Shown here: piece after piece, positions 13,106 to 24,971 of the stretch | How the letters are laid out: the number at the start of each line of letters is the position of its first letter | How positions within the stretch are numbered: position 1 is the first letter of the stretch | NCBI GenBank assembly: GCA_038087875.1 | Contig: CM075995.1 | Span: 10,108,001 to 10,172,000, forward strand | Reading direction: 5' to 3' | Source: Malacoraja senta | Lineage: Eukaryota | Length of the DNA stretch: 64,000 nucleotides | The notes under the pieces: model-generated | Databases searched by the model: none | Told to the model about the DNA's origin: nothing | What the model saw: the letters and a program-made list of their open reading frames with translations, nothing else | Translations under genes and position numbers: made by a program

Positions 13106-14140
13106 CAAGTTCAAGTTCAAGTGAGTTTATTGTCATGTGTCCCTGATAGGACAATGAAATTCTTGCTTTGCTTCAGCACAACAGAACATAGTAGGCATTG
13201 ACTACAAAACAGATCAGTGTGTCCATATACCATTATATAAATATATACACACATGAATAAATAAACTGATAAAGATAACTGATGATGGGCTATTAAAGTT
13301 CAGAGTTTTGTCCGAGCCAAGTTTAATAGCCTGATGGCTGTGGGGAAGTAGCTATTCCTGAACCTGGTCGTTGCAGTCTTCAGGCTCCTGTACCTTCTAC
13401 CTGAAGGTTGCAGGAAGATGAGTGTGTGGCCAGGATGGTGTGGGTCTTTGATGATACTGCCAGCCTTTTTGAGGCAGCGACTGCGATAGATCCCCTCGAT
13501 GGAAGGGAGGTCAGAGCCGATGATGGACTGGGCAGTGTTTACTACTTTTTGTAGTCTTTTCCTCTCCAGGGCGCTCAAGTTGCCGAACCAAGCCACGATG
13601 CAACCGGTCAGCATGCTCTCTACTGTGCACCTGTAGAAGTTAGAGAGAGTCCTCCTTGACAAACCGACTCTCCGTAATCTTCTCAGGAAGTAGAGGCGCT
13701 GATGTGCTTTCTTAATAATTGCATCAATGTTCTCGGACCAGGAAAGATCTTCAGAGATGTGCACGCCCAGGAATTTGAAGCTCTTGACCCTTTCAACCAT
13801 CGACCCGTTGATATAAACGGGACTGTGGGTCCCCATCCTACTCCTTCCAAAGTCCACAATCAGTTCCTTGGTTTTGCTGGTGTTGAGGGCCAGGTTATTG
13901 TGCTGGCACCATATAGACTGTTGCTCGATCTCTCTTCTATACTCTGACTCATCCCGATCAGTGATACGTCCCACAACAGTGGTGTCGTCAGCGAACTTGA
14001 TGATGGAGTTCGCACTATGACTGGCTACGCAGTGATGAGTATAGAGTACAGCAGGGGGCTGAGCACGCAGCCTTGAGGTGCTCCCGTGCTGATTGTTATC
14101 GAGTCTGACACATTTCCACCAATACGAACAGACTGTGGTA
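13106..14140 (-). mobile_element. Rex1/Babar-clade LINE, 5'-truncated
   Basis: ORF 13300..14169: KFADDTTVVG, KTKELIVDF, KKAHQRLYFLRRL, PSGRRYRS...RFRNSYFPTAIRLLN; (CTTGAA)n tail. Confidence 0.9.
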
Positions 14141-14338
14141 ATGGTCAGAACCTTTTCCCCCGGGGACAAAAGTCAAAAACCAGAAGGCATAACTTTGAGA
14201 GGGGCAAGTTTAACGGAGATGAGCGGGGCAAGAGAACAGTGGGGACGTGAAACGCGCTGCCAGGGTTGATGGTGGTGGCAAATACGATAAGGGCGTTTAG
14301 ATAGGCACATGGATATGCAAGGAATAGAGGGATATGAA

Positions 14339-14646
14339 TCACGGTGGCGCAGCGGTAGTTGCTGCCTTACAGCGCCATAGGCCCGGGTTCGATCTCGACT
14401 ATGGGTGCTGTCTGCACAGTGTTTGTACGTTCTCCCCGTGACTGAGTGGGTTTTCTCCGAGATCTTCTGTTTCCTCCCACACTCCAAAGACGTATAGGTT
14501 TGTAGGTTGATTGGCTTGGTATGAATGTAGATTGTCCCTATTGTGTGTCAGATAGTGTTAATGTGCGGGGCTCGCTGGTCGGTATGGGCTCGGTGGGCCG
14601 AAGGGCCTGTTTCCACGCTGTATCTCTAAACTAAAAACTAAACTAA
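14339..14646 (+). mobile_element. tRNA-derived SINE, near full length
   Basis: A box GGTGGCGCAGCGG, B box GGTTCGATC, central body, (CTAAA)n tail. Confidence 0.85.
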
Positions 14647-14814
14647 GTGTGCATGCAGAGGAGATTAGTTTTAGGCAGAGACATGGTGGACCGAAGGGCC
14701 AATTGCCGTGTGGCAGGACAGGCTTGAGGGGCTGAGTGTGTGTTACCAAGTCTACCACCACCCTGCTGAGTCATAGAGTGTTACAGTGTGGAATTAGGCC
14801 CTTTGGCACAACTT

Positions 14815-15262
14815 GCCCAAGCTCAGATCCTCGAGTCCCGGCAACATCCTCATAAATCTTCTCTTTACACCTTTCCAGCTTGACAACATCTGTCCTATAA
14901 CTAATGGGGCCCAGAACTCAACACAATACTCTAAATGCGGACTCACCAACGTCTTGTATAACTGCAATATAACCTCACAACCTCCTGACTGGGCACTCAA
15001 TACTACGACTAATGGCCAATGTGCCAAAAGCCTTTTTGACCACGCTATCTACCTGCGACTCGACCTTCAAGGAACCATGCACCTGCACTACTCGATTGCT
15101 CTGCTCTACAACACTACCCAGAGGCCTACCATTCACTGTGTAGGTCCTGCTCATGCAAGACATCCCAAAATTCAACACCTCACATTTCCTTATATTAAAT
15201 TCCATCAACCATTCCTCAAACCACCTGGCCAATCGATCAAGATTCTGCTGTAATCTTTCACA
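14815..15262 (-). mobile_element. Degenerate CR1 RT 3' fragment
   Basis: LYKTLVSPHLEYCVEFWAP and EFNIRKCEVLNFG motifs. Confidence 0.85.
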
Positions 15263-15264
15263 AT

Positions 15265-16175
15265 TTAGACGAGGGAATTAAATGTGACATCTCCAAGTTT
15301 GCGGATGACACAAAACTGGGTGGCAGTGTGAGGCTGCAGGGTGACTTGGATAGGTTGGGTGAGCGGGCAGATGCAGTATAATGTGGATAAATGTGAGGTT
15401 ATCCACTTTGGTGGCAAGAACAGGAAGGCAGATTATTATCTGAATGGTGTCAGATTAGGAAAAGTGGGGGGGTCCAACTAGACCTGGTTGTGCTTGTACA
15501 TCAGTCACTGAAAGTAAGCATGCCGGTACAGCAGGCAGTGAAGAAAGCTAATGGCATGTTGGCCTTCATTGCGAGAGGATTTGAGTTTAGGAGCAAGGAG
15601 GTCCTACTGCAGTTGTACAGGGCCTTGGTGAGACCGCAGCTGGTGTATTGTGTGCAATTTTGGGCTCCTAATTTGAGGAAGGACATTATTGCTATTGAGG
15701 GAGTGCAGCGTAGGTTCACAAGGCTAATTCCTGGGATGGTGGGATGCCATATGATGAAAGAATGGGTTGACAGGGCTTGTATTCACTGGATGAGTTTCTT
15801 ATAGAAACATATAGAATTCTGAAAGGATTGGACAGGCGAGATGCAGGAAAAATGTTCCCAATGTTGGGGGACTCCAGAACCAGGGGTCACAGTTTAAGAA
15901 TAAGGGGTAGGCCATTTAGGAGTGAGATGAGGAAAAACTTCTTCACCCAGAGAGTTGTGAATCTGTGGAATTCTCTGCCACAGAAGGCAGTGGAGGCCAA
16001 TTCACAGGATGTTTTCAAGAGATTTAGATTTAGTTCTTAGGGCTAACGGAATCAAGGGATATGGGGAAAAGGCAGGAACGGGGTTCTGATTTTAGATGAT
16101 CAACCATGATCATAATGAATGGAGGTGCTGGCCTGAAGGGCCTACTCCAGCACCTGTTTTTCTTTGGTTAAATGT
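15265..16175 (+). mobile_element. CR1 3' fragment (RT C-terminus + 3' UTR)
   Basis: KFADDTKLGG, LYRALVRP..YCVQFW, RTRGHSL, FFTQRVVNLWNSLP. Confidence 0.9.
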
Positions 16176-16263
16176 TTCTACAACCATCTTCAATATGTGC
16201 AAAACCACCCACTTTTGTCTCAACAGCAAACTTGCTAATCTTGCCCTGTTTTTCATTGATGTA

Positions 16264-16490
16264 CAGTGCCCTCCATAATATTTGGGGCAAAGACCCATCA
16301 TTTTATTTATTTGCCTCTGTATTCCACAATTTGAGATTTGTAATAGAAAAAAAATCACATGTGGTTAAAGTGCACATTGCCAGATTTTAATAAAGGCCAT
16401 TTTTTACATTTTGGTTCACCATGTAGAAATCACAGCTGTGTTTATACATAGTCCCCCCATTTCTGGGCACCACAATGTTTGGGACACAGG
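16264..16490 (+). mobile_element. Tc1 TIR of the same family as 1-956
   Basis: TA|CAGTGCCCTCCATA...; reverse complement of ~735-956. Confidence 0.88.
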
Positions 16491-17630
16491 TGTAATGTAA
16501 ATGTCAGTGCCCTCTTGAGGCCAGGAGTAGAGGCTGGCGAGTTTGCCAGTGCCTCGTGACTGATGACGACCTTCTAGAAGCTTCTGTTTTGGAGTGGGAA
16601 ATAAAGAACATCTTACAAGATGTCGTTGGTGTCGGATGTCTATTCATTGTGCTAGCCACAACAGGGCCATACAGCAGACATTACATGGTGTCAGAAGTAA
16701 AAATGGCGGGACTCAAGCCTCTGAGTCCACTCTCCATGCAAGGAGAAGAATGAGCGACTGCAGGCCGAAAAAGAAGAAAAAGAAAGCTTGCAGCCGAGGA
16801 CGGTCCACCAGTCACAATGCTCGGTCAAAGGACAGGAAAGAAAAAAAGTTCGGGGAAAAAGCAGGTCCACGTCAAAGAGGAAGAAGTAACACAGGTCTGG
16901 ACATCCGAAGAGTAAGCGAGCGGCTCGCCTCGCCTCGAAACAGCGGAGGACCCAGAGTCGATCAGCCTCACCACGTCCCAGAGCTCCACACACTCACCCA
17001 GCAGGTCGAAAAGCCCCCGTTCGGAGGGCCAACCGATCGGGGCTTCCGCGAAGGGAGGGTCACCACCCCCCCCCCCGTGATGGCCAGAGATCGCAAGTTG
17101 GGGATCAGGATCACCAGCGAGGAAAAGGCATTACGATTCCCCGAGTCCCGCGATTGACGGAGGAATCGCAGGTCTCCATAGATGGCCTCTCCCAGACGGA
17201 GTAATGGCCGCCACGGCCACCTTCCGACCACGCTGCCTGCGCGACGATAACGGCCGCCGCCATGTTCGAGAACTTCAAGGAGCCCTGCCGAACGCGCAGC
17301 ATGACCTGAGCAGCAGTTTAAAGACGCAAAGTGGCACATTTAAAGAAGTAAAAGTTAAGAAGCCAAGAAGTACAGATGATTTGCCGAAGTTTCTGCAGCA
17401 GAGTTATTATGCAGGAATCAAAAGAGAAAAAACATCGAAGCTTTGAAAGGTAAGTTGGATGAAGTACATGCCCGTAAGGCTCATGACAGGGAGAACTCAC
17501 AGCAACAGAAATTGAAAGAGCGACAGAAGTTTTTTTTTGAAGGGGGAGTCCACCTCCCAGATGGAGCAAGTCTCCGAGACGAGGCGGAGAGTCTGCCCAG
17601 GATTCAGCCCAGGATAGAACCTGTAGCCCA
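16491..17630 (+). mobile_element. Gypsy-type LTR retrotransposon 5' end: 195-bp LTR (16491-16685), PBS, gag-like start, degenerate interior
   Basis: LTR has TGTAATGT...ACATTACA ends and an internal AATAAA. It is followed at once by TGGTGTCAGAAGT (tRNA-Leu-type PBS), then ATG at 16703 (MAGLKPLSPLSMQGE). Cut by a CR1 at ~17631; extent of the interior is inferred. Confidence 0.75.
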
Positions 17631-19755
17631 CCATATAACCATATAACCATTACAGCACGGTAACAGGCCATCTCGGCCCTTCAAGTCCGTGCCGAACATT
17701 TTTATTATTTTTTTATTTTAAAATAGATACTTCCCCCTAGTCCCATCTACCTGCACTCAGACCATAACCCTCCATTCCTTTCCCGTCCATATACCCATCC
17801 AATCTATTTTTAAAGGATAAAATCGAACCAGCCTCCACCACTTCCACTGGAAGCTCATTCCACACAGCTACCACTCTCTGAGTAAAGAAGTTCCCCCTAA
17901 TGTTACCCCTAAACTTCTGTCCCTTAATTCTCAAGTCATGAACCCTTGTTTGAATCTTCCCTACTCTCAATGGAATAAGCTTATCCACGTCAACTCTGTC
18001 TAACCCGTTCATAATTTAAAAGACCTCTATCAAGTCCCCTCTTAACCTTCTGCGCTCCAAAGAATAAAGACCTAACTTGTTCAACCTTTCTCTGTAACTT
18101 AGTTGCTGAAACCCAGGCAACATTCTGGTAAATCTCCTCTGTACTCTCTCTATTTTGTTGACATCCTTCCTATAATTAGGCGACCAAAATTGTACTCCAT
18201 ACTCCAGAATTGGCCTCACCAATGCCTTGTACAATTTTAACATTACATCCCAACTTCTATATTCAATGCTCTGATTTATAAAGGCCAGCACACCAAAAGC
18301 TTTCTTTACCACCCTATCTACATGAGATTCCACCTTCAGGGAACTATGCAGTTATTCCTAGATCCCTCTGTTCAACTGCATTCCTCAATTCTCTACCATT
18401 TACCATGTACGTCCTATTTTGATTTGTCCTGCCGAGATGTAGTACCTCACATTTATCAGCATTAAACTCCCTGCCATCTTTCAGCCCACTCTTCCAAATG
18501 GCCTAAATCTCTCTGTAGACTTTGAAAATCTACTTCATTATCCACCAAACCACCTATCTTAGTATCATCTGCATACTTACTAATCCAATTTTCCACACCA
18601 TCATCCAGATCATTGATGTACATGACAAACAACAGTGGACCCAACACAGACCCCTGAGGCACCCCACTAGTCACCGGCCTCCAACCTGACAAACAGCCAT
18701 CCACCATTACTCTCTGGCATCTCCCATTCAGCCACTGTTGAATCCATCTTGCTACTCCACCATTAATACCCAACAATTTAATCTTCTTAACCAACCTTCC
18801 ATGAGGAACCTTGTCAAAGTCCATATAGACAACATCCACTGCTTTACCCTCATCAATTTCCCTAGTAACCTCTTCGAAAAATTCAAGAAGATTAGTCAAA
18901 CATGACCTTCCAGGCACAAATCCATGTTGACTGTTCCAAATCAGACCCTGCTTATCCAGATGCTTATATATATATTATCTTTAAGTATCCTTTCCATTAA
19001 TTTGCCCACCACTGACATCAAACTAACAGGTCTATAATTGCTAGGTTTACTCTTAGAACCCTTTTTAAACAACGGAACATGCGCAGTACGCCAATCCTCC
19101 GGCACTATTCCCGTTTCTAATGACATTTGAAATATTTCTGTCATAGCCCCTGCTATTTCTACACTAACTTCCCTCAATGTCCTCGGGAATATCCTGCAGG
19201 ACCCGGAGACTTATCAGTTTTCATATTTTTCAAAAGTGTCCGCACCTCCTCTTCTTTGAATCTCATAGTTTCCATTGCTACTCTGCTTGTTTCTCTTACC
19301 TCACATAATTCCATATCCTTCTCCTTGGTGAATACCGAAGAAAAGAAATTGTTCAGTATCTCCCCCATCTCTTTTGGCTCTGCAGATAGCTGTCCACTCT
19401 GACTCTCTAATGGACCAATTTTATTCCTTGATATCCTTTTGCTATTAATATAGCTGTAGAAACTCTTTGGATTTACTTTCACCTTACTTGCCAAAGCAAC
19501 CTCATATCTTCTTTTAGCTTTTCTAATTTATTTCTTAATATTCTTTTTACATTCTTTATACTCCTCAAGCACCTCATTTACTCCATGCTGCCTATAAAAA
19601 TTGTAGATCTCTCTCTTTTTCCGAATCAAGTGTCCAATTTCCCTTGAAAACCATGGCTCTTTCCAATTTTTACTATTTCCTTTCAACCGAACAGGGACAT
19701 AAAGATTCTGTACTCTTAAAATTTCATCTTTAAATGTCCTCCATTTCTCTTCTAC
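17631..19755 (-). mobile_element. CR1 LINE, (TATAACCA)n-tail family, cut by the gap
   Basis: RT motifs in ORFs 17737..19494 (GVPQGSVLGP, KYADD); near-identical to 59305-61240. Confidence 0.93.
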
Positions 19756-19955
19756 NNNNNNNNNNNNNNNNNNNNNNNNNNNNNNNNNNNNNNNNNNNNN
19801 NNNNNNNNNNNNNNNNNNNNNNNNNNNNNNNNNNNNNNNNNNNNNNNNNNNNNNNNNNNNNNNNNNNNNNNNNNNNNNNNNNNNNNNNNNNNNNNNNNNN
19901 NNNNNNNNNNNNNNNNNNNNNNNNNNNNNNNNNNNNNNNNNNNNNNNNNNNNNNN
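19756..19955. other. 200-N assembly gap
   Basis: Run of 200 N. Confidence 1.
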
Positions 19956-20019
19956 GAGTGGGGGGGAGGGGAAGCTCGGTGTTTTCCCCTGGGAGGGGGG
20001 TCACCACTGCAACACTCAC

Positions 20020-20074
20020 CTCTTGCTGGTTGCGGTTCTGCTCCTTCTCCATTTCCGACACCTGGATCTGGATC
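20020..20074 (-). CDS. IQANK1: IQANK1 coding exon (55 bp, coiled coil); last exon seen before the gap
   Basis: ccctctccAG acceptor, GTGAGT donor. Encodes (R)IQIQVSEMEKEQNRNQQE. Phase joins the 20922-21061 exon. Confidence 0.75.
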
Positions 20075-20129
20075 CTGGAGAGGGACGTGGCGGGTCAGGG
20101 GTCACATCCCCAGGGGTCAGCCACTCATC

Positions 20130-20895
20130 CCCTCCCCTGTCCCCCTTCCCCTCCCGTACTCTCCTCTCTCTCCTCTCCCCCTGCCCCCTCATCTCTCCCT
20201 GTCCCCTCCTCTCTCCCCTGCCCCTCCTCTCTCCTGCTGTTCCATCTTATCTCCCTGTCCCCTCCTCTCCCCTGCCCCCTCCTTTCTCCTTGCCCCCTCA
20301 TCTCTCCTTGTCCCCTCTCCCTGCCCCCTCCTCTCTCCCCCTGCCCCTCCTCTCTCCCCCTGCCCCTCCTCTCTCCCCCTGCCCCTCCTCTCTCCCCCTG
20401 CCCCTCCTCTCTCCCCCTGCCCCTCCTCTCTCCCCCTGCCCCTCCTCTCTCCCCCTGCCCCTCCTCTCTCCCCTGCCCCTCCTCTCTCCCCCTGCCCCTC
20501 CTCTCTCCCCCTGCCCCTCCTCTCTCCCCCTGCCCCTCCTCTCTCCCCCTGCCCCTCCTCTCTCCCCTGTCCCCTCCTCTCTCCCCCTGTCCCCTCCTCT
20601 CTCCCCCTGCCCCCTCATCTCTCCGTCCCCTCCTCTCTCCCCCCCTGCCCCCTCCTGTCTCCCCCCTCCTCTCTTCCCCCTCCTCCTCCTCTCTCCCCCT
20701 TCCACCTCCTCTCTCCCTGCCCTTCCTCTCTCCCTGCCCTTCCTCTCTCCCCGCCCCTCCCCTCTCCCCGCCCCTCCCCTCTCCCCGCCCCTCCCCTCCC
20801 CTCCTGCCCCTGCCCCCTCCTCTCTCTCCATGCCCCCGCCTCTCTCCCCCTGCTCCCTCGCCCCCCACCCACTGCCCCTGTCCCCTCCCTCCTCC
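20130..20895. repeat. ~19-bp polypyrimidine minisatellite (CTGCCCCTCCTCTCTCCCC)
   Basis: Tandem array filling the 20075-20921 intron. Confidence 0.92.
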
Positions 20896-20921
20896 TGCGG
20901 GGTGATGACCCCCACCCTGAC

Positions 20922-21061
20922 CTGTTGGCTTCCCCCCTCTGTTGCTGCTGCTCTGCAACCCGCCTGCGCTGGACCTCGGCTTCCATCTTCTCCCTCAGGA
21001 CCTCGGTGTGGCCAATTTCCCAGTCCTGTAGGATCCTGGTGGTGGAGTCTGTCGATGCAAT
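20922..21061 (-). CDS. IQANK1: IQANK1 coding exon (140 bp)
   Basis: gggcAG acceptor, GTCAGG donor. Encodes IASTDSTTRILQDWEIGHTEVLREKMEAEVQRRRVAEQQQQRGEAN(R), resembling the post-ankyrin segment of IQANK1. Confidence 0.85.
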
Positions 21062-21269
21062 CTGCCCACCGCCACAGGGAACGTCAGGAACCAGGAACCA
21101 GCCACCAGCCCCCTGACCCTCCCCACCGCCCCAACTCACTGCCAACCACCCGACCGCAACCCTCCCCACCCCACCCCAACCCTCCCCATCCTACCCTCCC
21201 CACTGCTCCTCCCCAACGTCCCCACCCTAACCCACCCTACCCTCTGCCCCTTCCCACCCCACCCCACCA

Positions 21270-21450
21270 CCCCATATTCCTATCCATGTACCTGGCCAAA
21301 TGTCTTCTAAACATTGTGATTGTACCTGCCCCGACTACCTCTACCGGCTGCTCGTTCCATACACCCACTCCCCCAGCCTGGAAAGTTGCCCTTCAGGTTC
21401 CTATTAAAGCTTTCCACACTCACCTAAAAACCTAAGTCCTATGGTTCTTG
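21270..21450 (-). mobile_element. Old CR1 3' fragment split by the DIRS; continues at 36423-36510
   Basis: Joining the flanks gives ...GTCCTATGGTTCTTG-ATT-CCCCTACTCTGGGTAAAAGG..., comparable to the CR1 remnant at 63250-63300. Confidence 0.75.
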
Positions 21451-22099
21451 ATTTTACTTCGGAGTCACGTGAGTGACTATGTGAAAAAGACCACGTTCGT
21501 GCGCATGCGCGTCATATCGTACGTTCGCATGCGAAGCACCGGACTGGCAGGCATGTCGCTGCCTGCCAGCGGTAAGTTTAAACTAAGAAGGTAAGGTTTC
21601 TGTTTCTTACCTGTATTAGGTTCCGTGCAGGAACCTCTTTACAAAGGTTTCCTGTCGGTACTTCGCGAGGCCGACGAGGGAACCAGCTACGGGCTGTGGG
21701 GAGACCCCGGTTCCGACCGCGGAAGCGGGTAGCTGGTAAGTCGGGTTGCGATTTTTTAAAACGCTGGGGAATATCCCAGTTGGGTGCACTGCAGCAGCGG
21801 TAGAGTTGCTGACTTGTTGTGCTAGAGACCCGGGTAGCTACGGGTACTGTTTGAATAAAAATGTAGAATATTCTGAGGACAATGTGGGATCCTCTGGATG
21901 CTCCGTTTAAGAAAGGTAAGCCTATTGCCTCGAGGGTTCCCCTCCGGTAATAGATATAGATGCTGGGGTTCCCCGCAATGGTGGGGTAAAACCGATTAGA
22001 CGGTCAGCCATGGTACCGGCAGGGTTCCCCTCCGGTAGGTAAAATTTGGTTAGGAAGGTAATGGAGAGGATGCTCCATCTCGACACACTAGGGAGTTGT

Positions 22100-22920
22100 G
22101 TCAGTGTGGGCCTATGAGAGAGCCCGTGCCAGCAGCGCCTTGGAACAGGGCTGCTTGATGCCTAGTCTATGGCAGCGTGGGCCTATGGGAGTGCCCGCGC
22201 CAGCAGCACCTTGAGACAGGGCTGCTTAAAGTGCATGCCTAGTCTATGGCAGCGTAGGCCTATGGGAGAGCCAGCGCGAGCAGCACCTTTGGACAGGGCT
22301 GTTTCATGTTGATGCCTAGGCTAATGGCAGCGTTGGCCTATGGGAGAGCCAGCGCCAGCAGCACCTTGTAACAGGGCTGCTTAATGTCTCCCTCTATGAG
22401 GAGGAGAGCATAGCGGGTCAGTATAAGTCTGACGCCGAGTCTATGGCAGTGCTGGCCTATGGGAGAGCCCGCGCCAGCAGCGCCTTGTAACAGGGCTGCT
22501 TAATGTGCATGCCTAGTCTATGGCAGCGTAGGCCTATGGGAGAGCCAGCGCCAGCAGCACCTTTTGGACAGGGCTGTTTCATGTTGATGGCTAGGGAAAA
22601 TGGAAGCGCCAGCAGCGCCTTGTAACAGGACTGCTTAAAGTGCATACCTAGTCTATGGCAGCGTAGGCCTATGGGAGAGCCAGCGCCAGCAGCACCTTTG
22701 GACAGGGCTGTTTCATGTTGATGCCTAGGCTAATGGCAGCGTTGGCCTATGGGAGAGCCAGCGCCAGCAGCACCTTGTAACAGGGCTGCTTAATGTCTCC
22801 CTCTATGAGGAGGAGAGCATAGCGGGTCAGTATAAGTCTGACGCTGAGTCTATGGTAGTGCTGGCCTATGGGAGAGCCCGCGCCAGCAGCGCCTTGTAAC
22901 AGGGCTGCTTAATGCCTCTC
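22100..22920. repeat. ~70-bp tandem repeat with a higher-order duplication, inside DIRS A
   Basis: GGCCTATGGGAGAGCCAGCGCCAGCAGCACCTT...CAGGGCTGCTTAATG units, about 10 copies. Confidence 0.88.
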
Positions 22921-24748
22921 TTTTTTGGAGGAGGGAGCATGCCGAGTCTGAGGGTAGAGCTGTGGAGCATACCCCAAGGGATGAAGGGCACGTGTCAGAA
23001 GTACCAGTCCTGGCAGCAAGGTTTGCCATCCCAACACAATGCAGTGAACACCGCTCAGGACATTAGAGACAGCCGCTGAATCTGCTATTCAGGTAAGACC
23101 TATTCAACAGGGAAAACCCAGAGGACGAAGTACAAGCTGTTGGACCAGTCAAGGCCAACAACGAAGCAAAGCTTGATTGTTCGGCATAAACGCATCCCAT
23201 GTCTATCATCGGCTGTAAGCGGTTCACTGAAGCGGGTGGCAGCATGAAAGTGGGCCAGAGGCTCCATGTACTCTGCCAGTTCTACTCTGCAACTATGGAC
23301 CACTTACAAGTTGGTAAGATTTACACTTGATTACACAATACAGGAATGATTAAGACATAATCATCTCCTTAGAGGCATCTAACCATGTAAAACTGGACAA
23401 TAGCATTCCAAGCAGGTTGGAATTGAACCAGAATTGTGTTTTGAGGCAGGCTCATTATTGTTGGCCAGGATTGCCTTCGAAACAGGCTTGGTATAATGGT
23501 CAGAGTTGTTTTTCAATGCAGGTCCAGAATTGGGGCCAGAATTGTATTACGGCCAGGATTGTCTTGCAAGACAGGCTTGGAAATTGGGCCAGAGTTGTCA
23601 TTTAAGGCAGGCACAAAATGATGACAGGCGTGGCCTGGTCATTATGGAAGATGGCTAATTAACAACTGTTTTTCATAGGGTGTTCCCATTTACAGGGATC
23701 ATTGGAGATATTTGGAGTCTCAAACTATATTTAAGAAATTGGGCTCTTCAATACAGTTAAATTCAGTTGTTACCAAATAGACTTGTTGGTCATTGGGATT
23801 TACCTTTAACTTTTAATTGGCCTATGAAGCCACCCTGGGCAGCAGATTGCAAGTTAATAGTAAGATTAAACGAGAACTTACCAGTTTGAAGTGTGATCTT
23901 TATTTTATGAGGAGTTACGTTGAGGGATTACGTGAAGACCCCGCCAGCCCACATGCGCATCAATCTTCAAAGCAGCGGTGTGAAATCACAGATAACAGAA
24001 GTCGAGCTAAACATAGTAAGATAAGATAACTAGCATACCAGCTGCCCTTTATGATAGAGGGTTGGGAGTGGAGGGCACGTAATCCCTCAACGTAACTCCT
24101 CATAAAATAAAGATCAAACTTCAAACTGGTTAGTTCTCGTTTAATCTTACTATTTTACTTCGGAGTCACGTGAGCGACTACGTGAAGATTTCAAAGCTCT
24201 GTGATTTCATGCCTTGGAAACGAGTCCATGCGTCACACACTGCATCAGTTGACCAATGATGAGTGAACATTAATAATGCATTCAGACATGACATAGGTAT
24301 AGACATGTTGATGCTTTTAATGAACAATTAATGATAATAGTAACCTCCCTCAACCAGGAGGAAACTATAAACAGAACCAAACATGGAGTTGGCAAATACC
24401 CCAGGCCTGGCAATGGGTTAGTTCTAAAATATTTGGAAGATCGTTCGTTTGACCATCCTGCAGCCGCTAGGACGTGGTCCCGCGAAACATCCATAACCCT
24501 GCTGCTGATGTTGTTGCAGCCCTGGTGGAGTGAGACTTTAAAGTGTCAGTGTTCACTCCTGTATAAGCCAGAACCCGTTAACCACCTGGAGATGGTCTGT
24601 AGTGACACCTACTTATGAGGCAATATGTAACTAACAAATATTGCTAGTTCAGAGTCTTTAAGCTCTTAGTGACCTTAACATACTGGTGTAGATGTGTGAC
24701 CACAAACAACCGAAGGTCCAAGGGATATGCCAACAAGTCTAGCTTAAG

Positions 24749-24971
24749 GTACACAAAAATGCTGGAGAAACTCAGCGGGTGCAGCAGCATCTATGGAGCG
24801 AAGGAAATAGGTAACGTTTCGGGCCGAAACCCTTCTTCAGACTGATAGGGGGTGGGGAGAAGAAAGGAAAAAAGGACAAAGGCAGAGGAGGAGCCCGAGG
24901 GCTGGGGGAGGGGAGGAGACAACCAGATGGCTGATGAAGGGGAGGGGACAGCAAGGGCTAGCAGAATTGGG
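24749..24971 (-). mobile_element. Penelope pLTR-derived insertion inside DIRS B
   Basis: 14-bp TSD AAGTCTAGCTTAAG at 24735-24748 and 24972-24985; carries the CTGAAGA...GAAACG core. Confidence 0.8.

Noticed and set aside
14339..14420. tRNA gene
   Set aside because: The A/B boxes continue into a SINE body and tail; no cloverleaf.
19734..21435. Long Pro/Leu/Ser- and Gly/Arg/Glu-rich ORFs (up to 470 aa)
   Set aside because: Stop-free translations of a CT minisatellite and the N gap; only the two short IQANK1 exons are supported.
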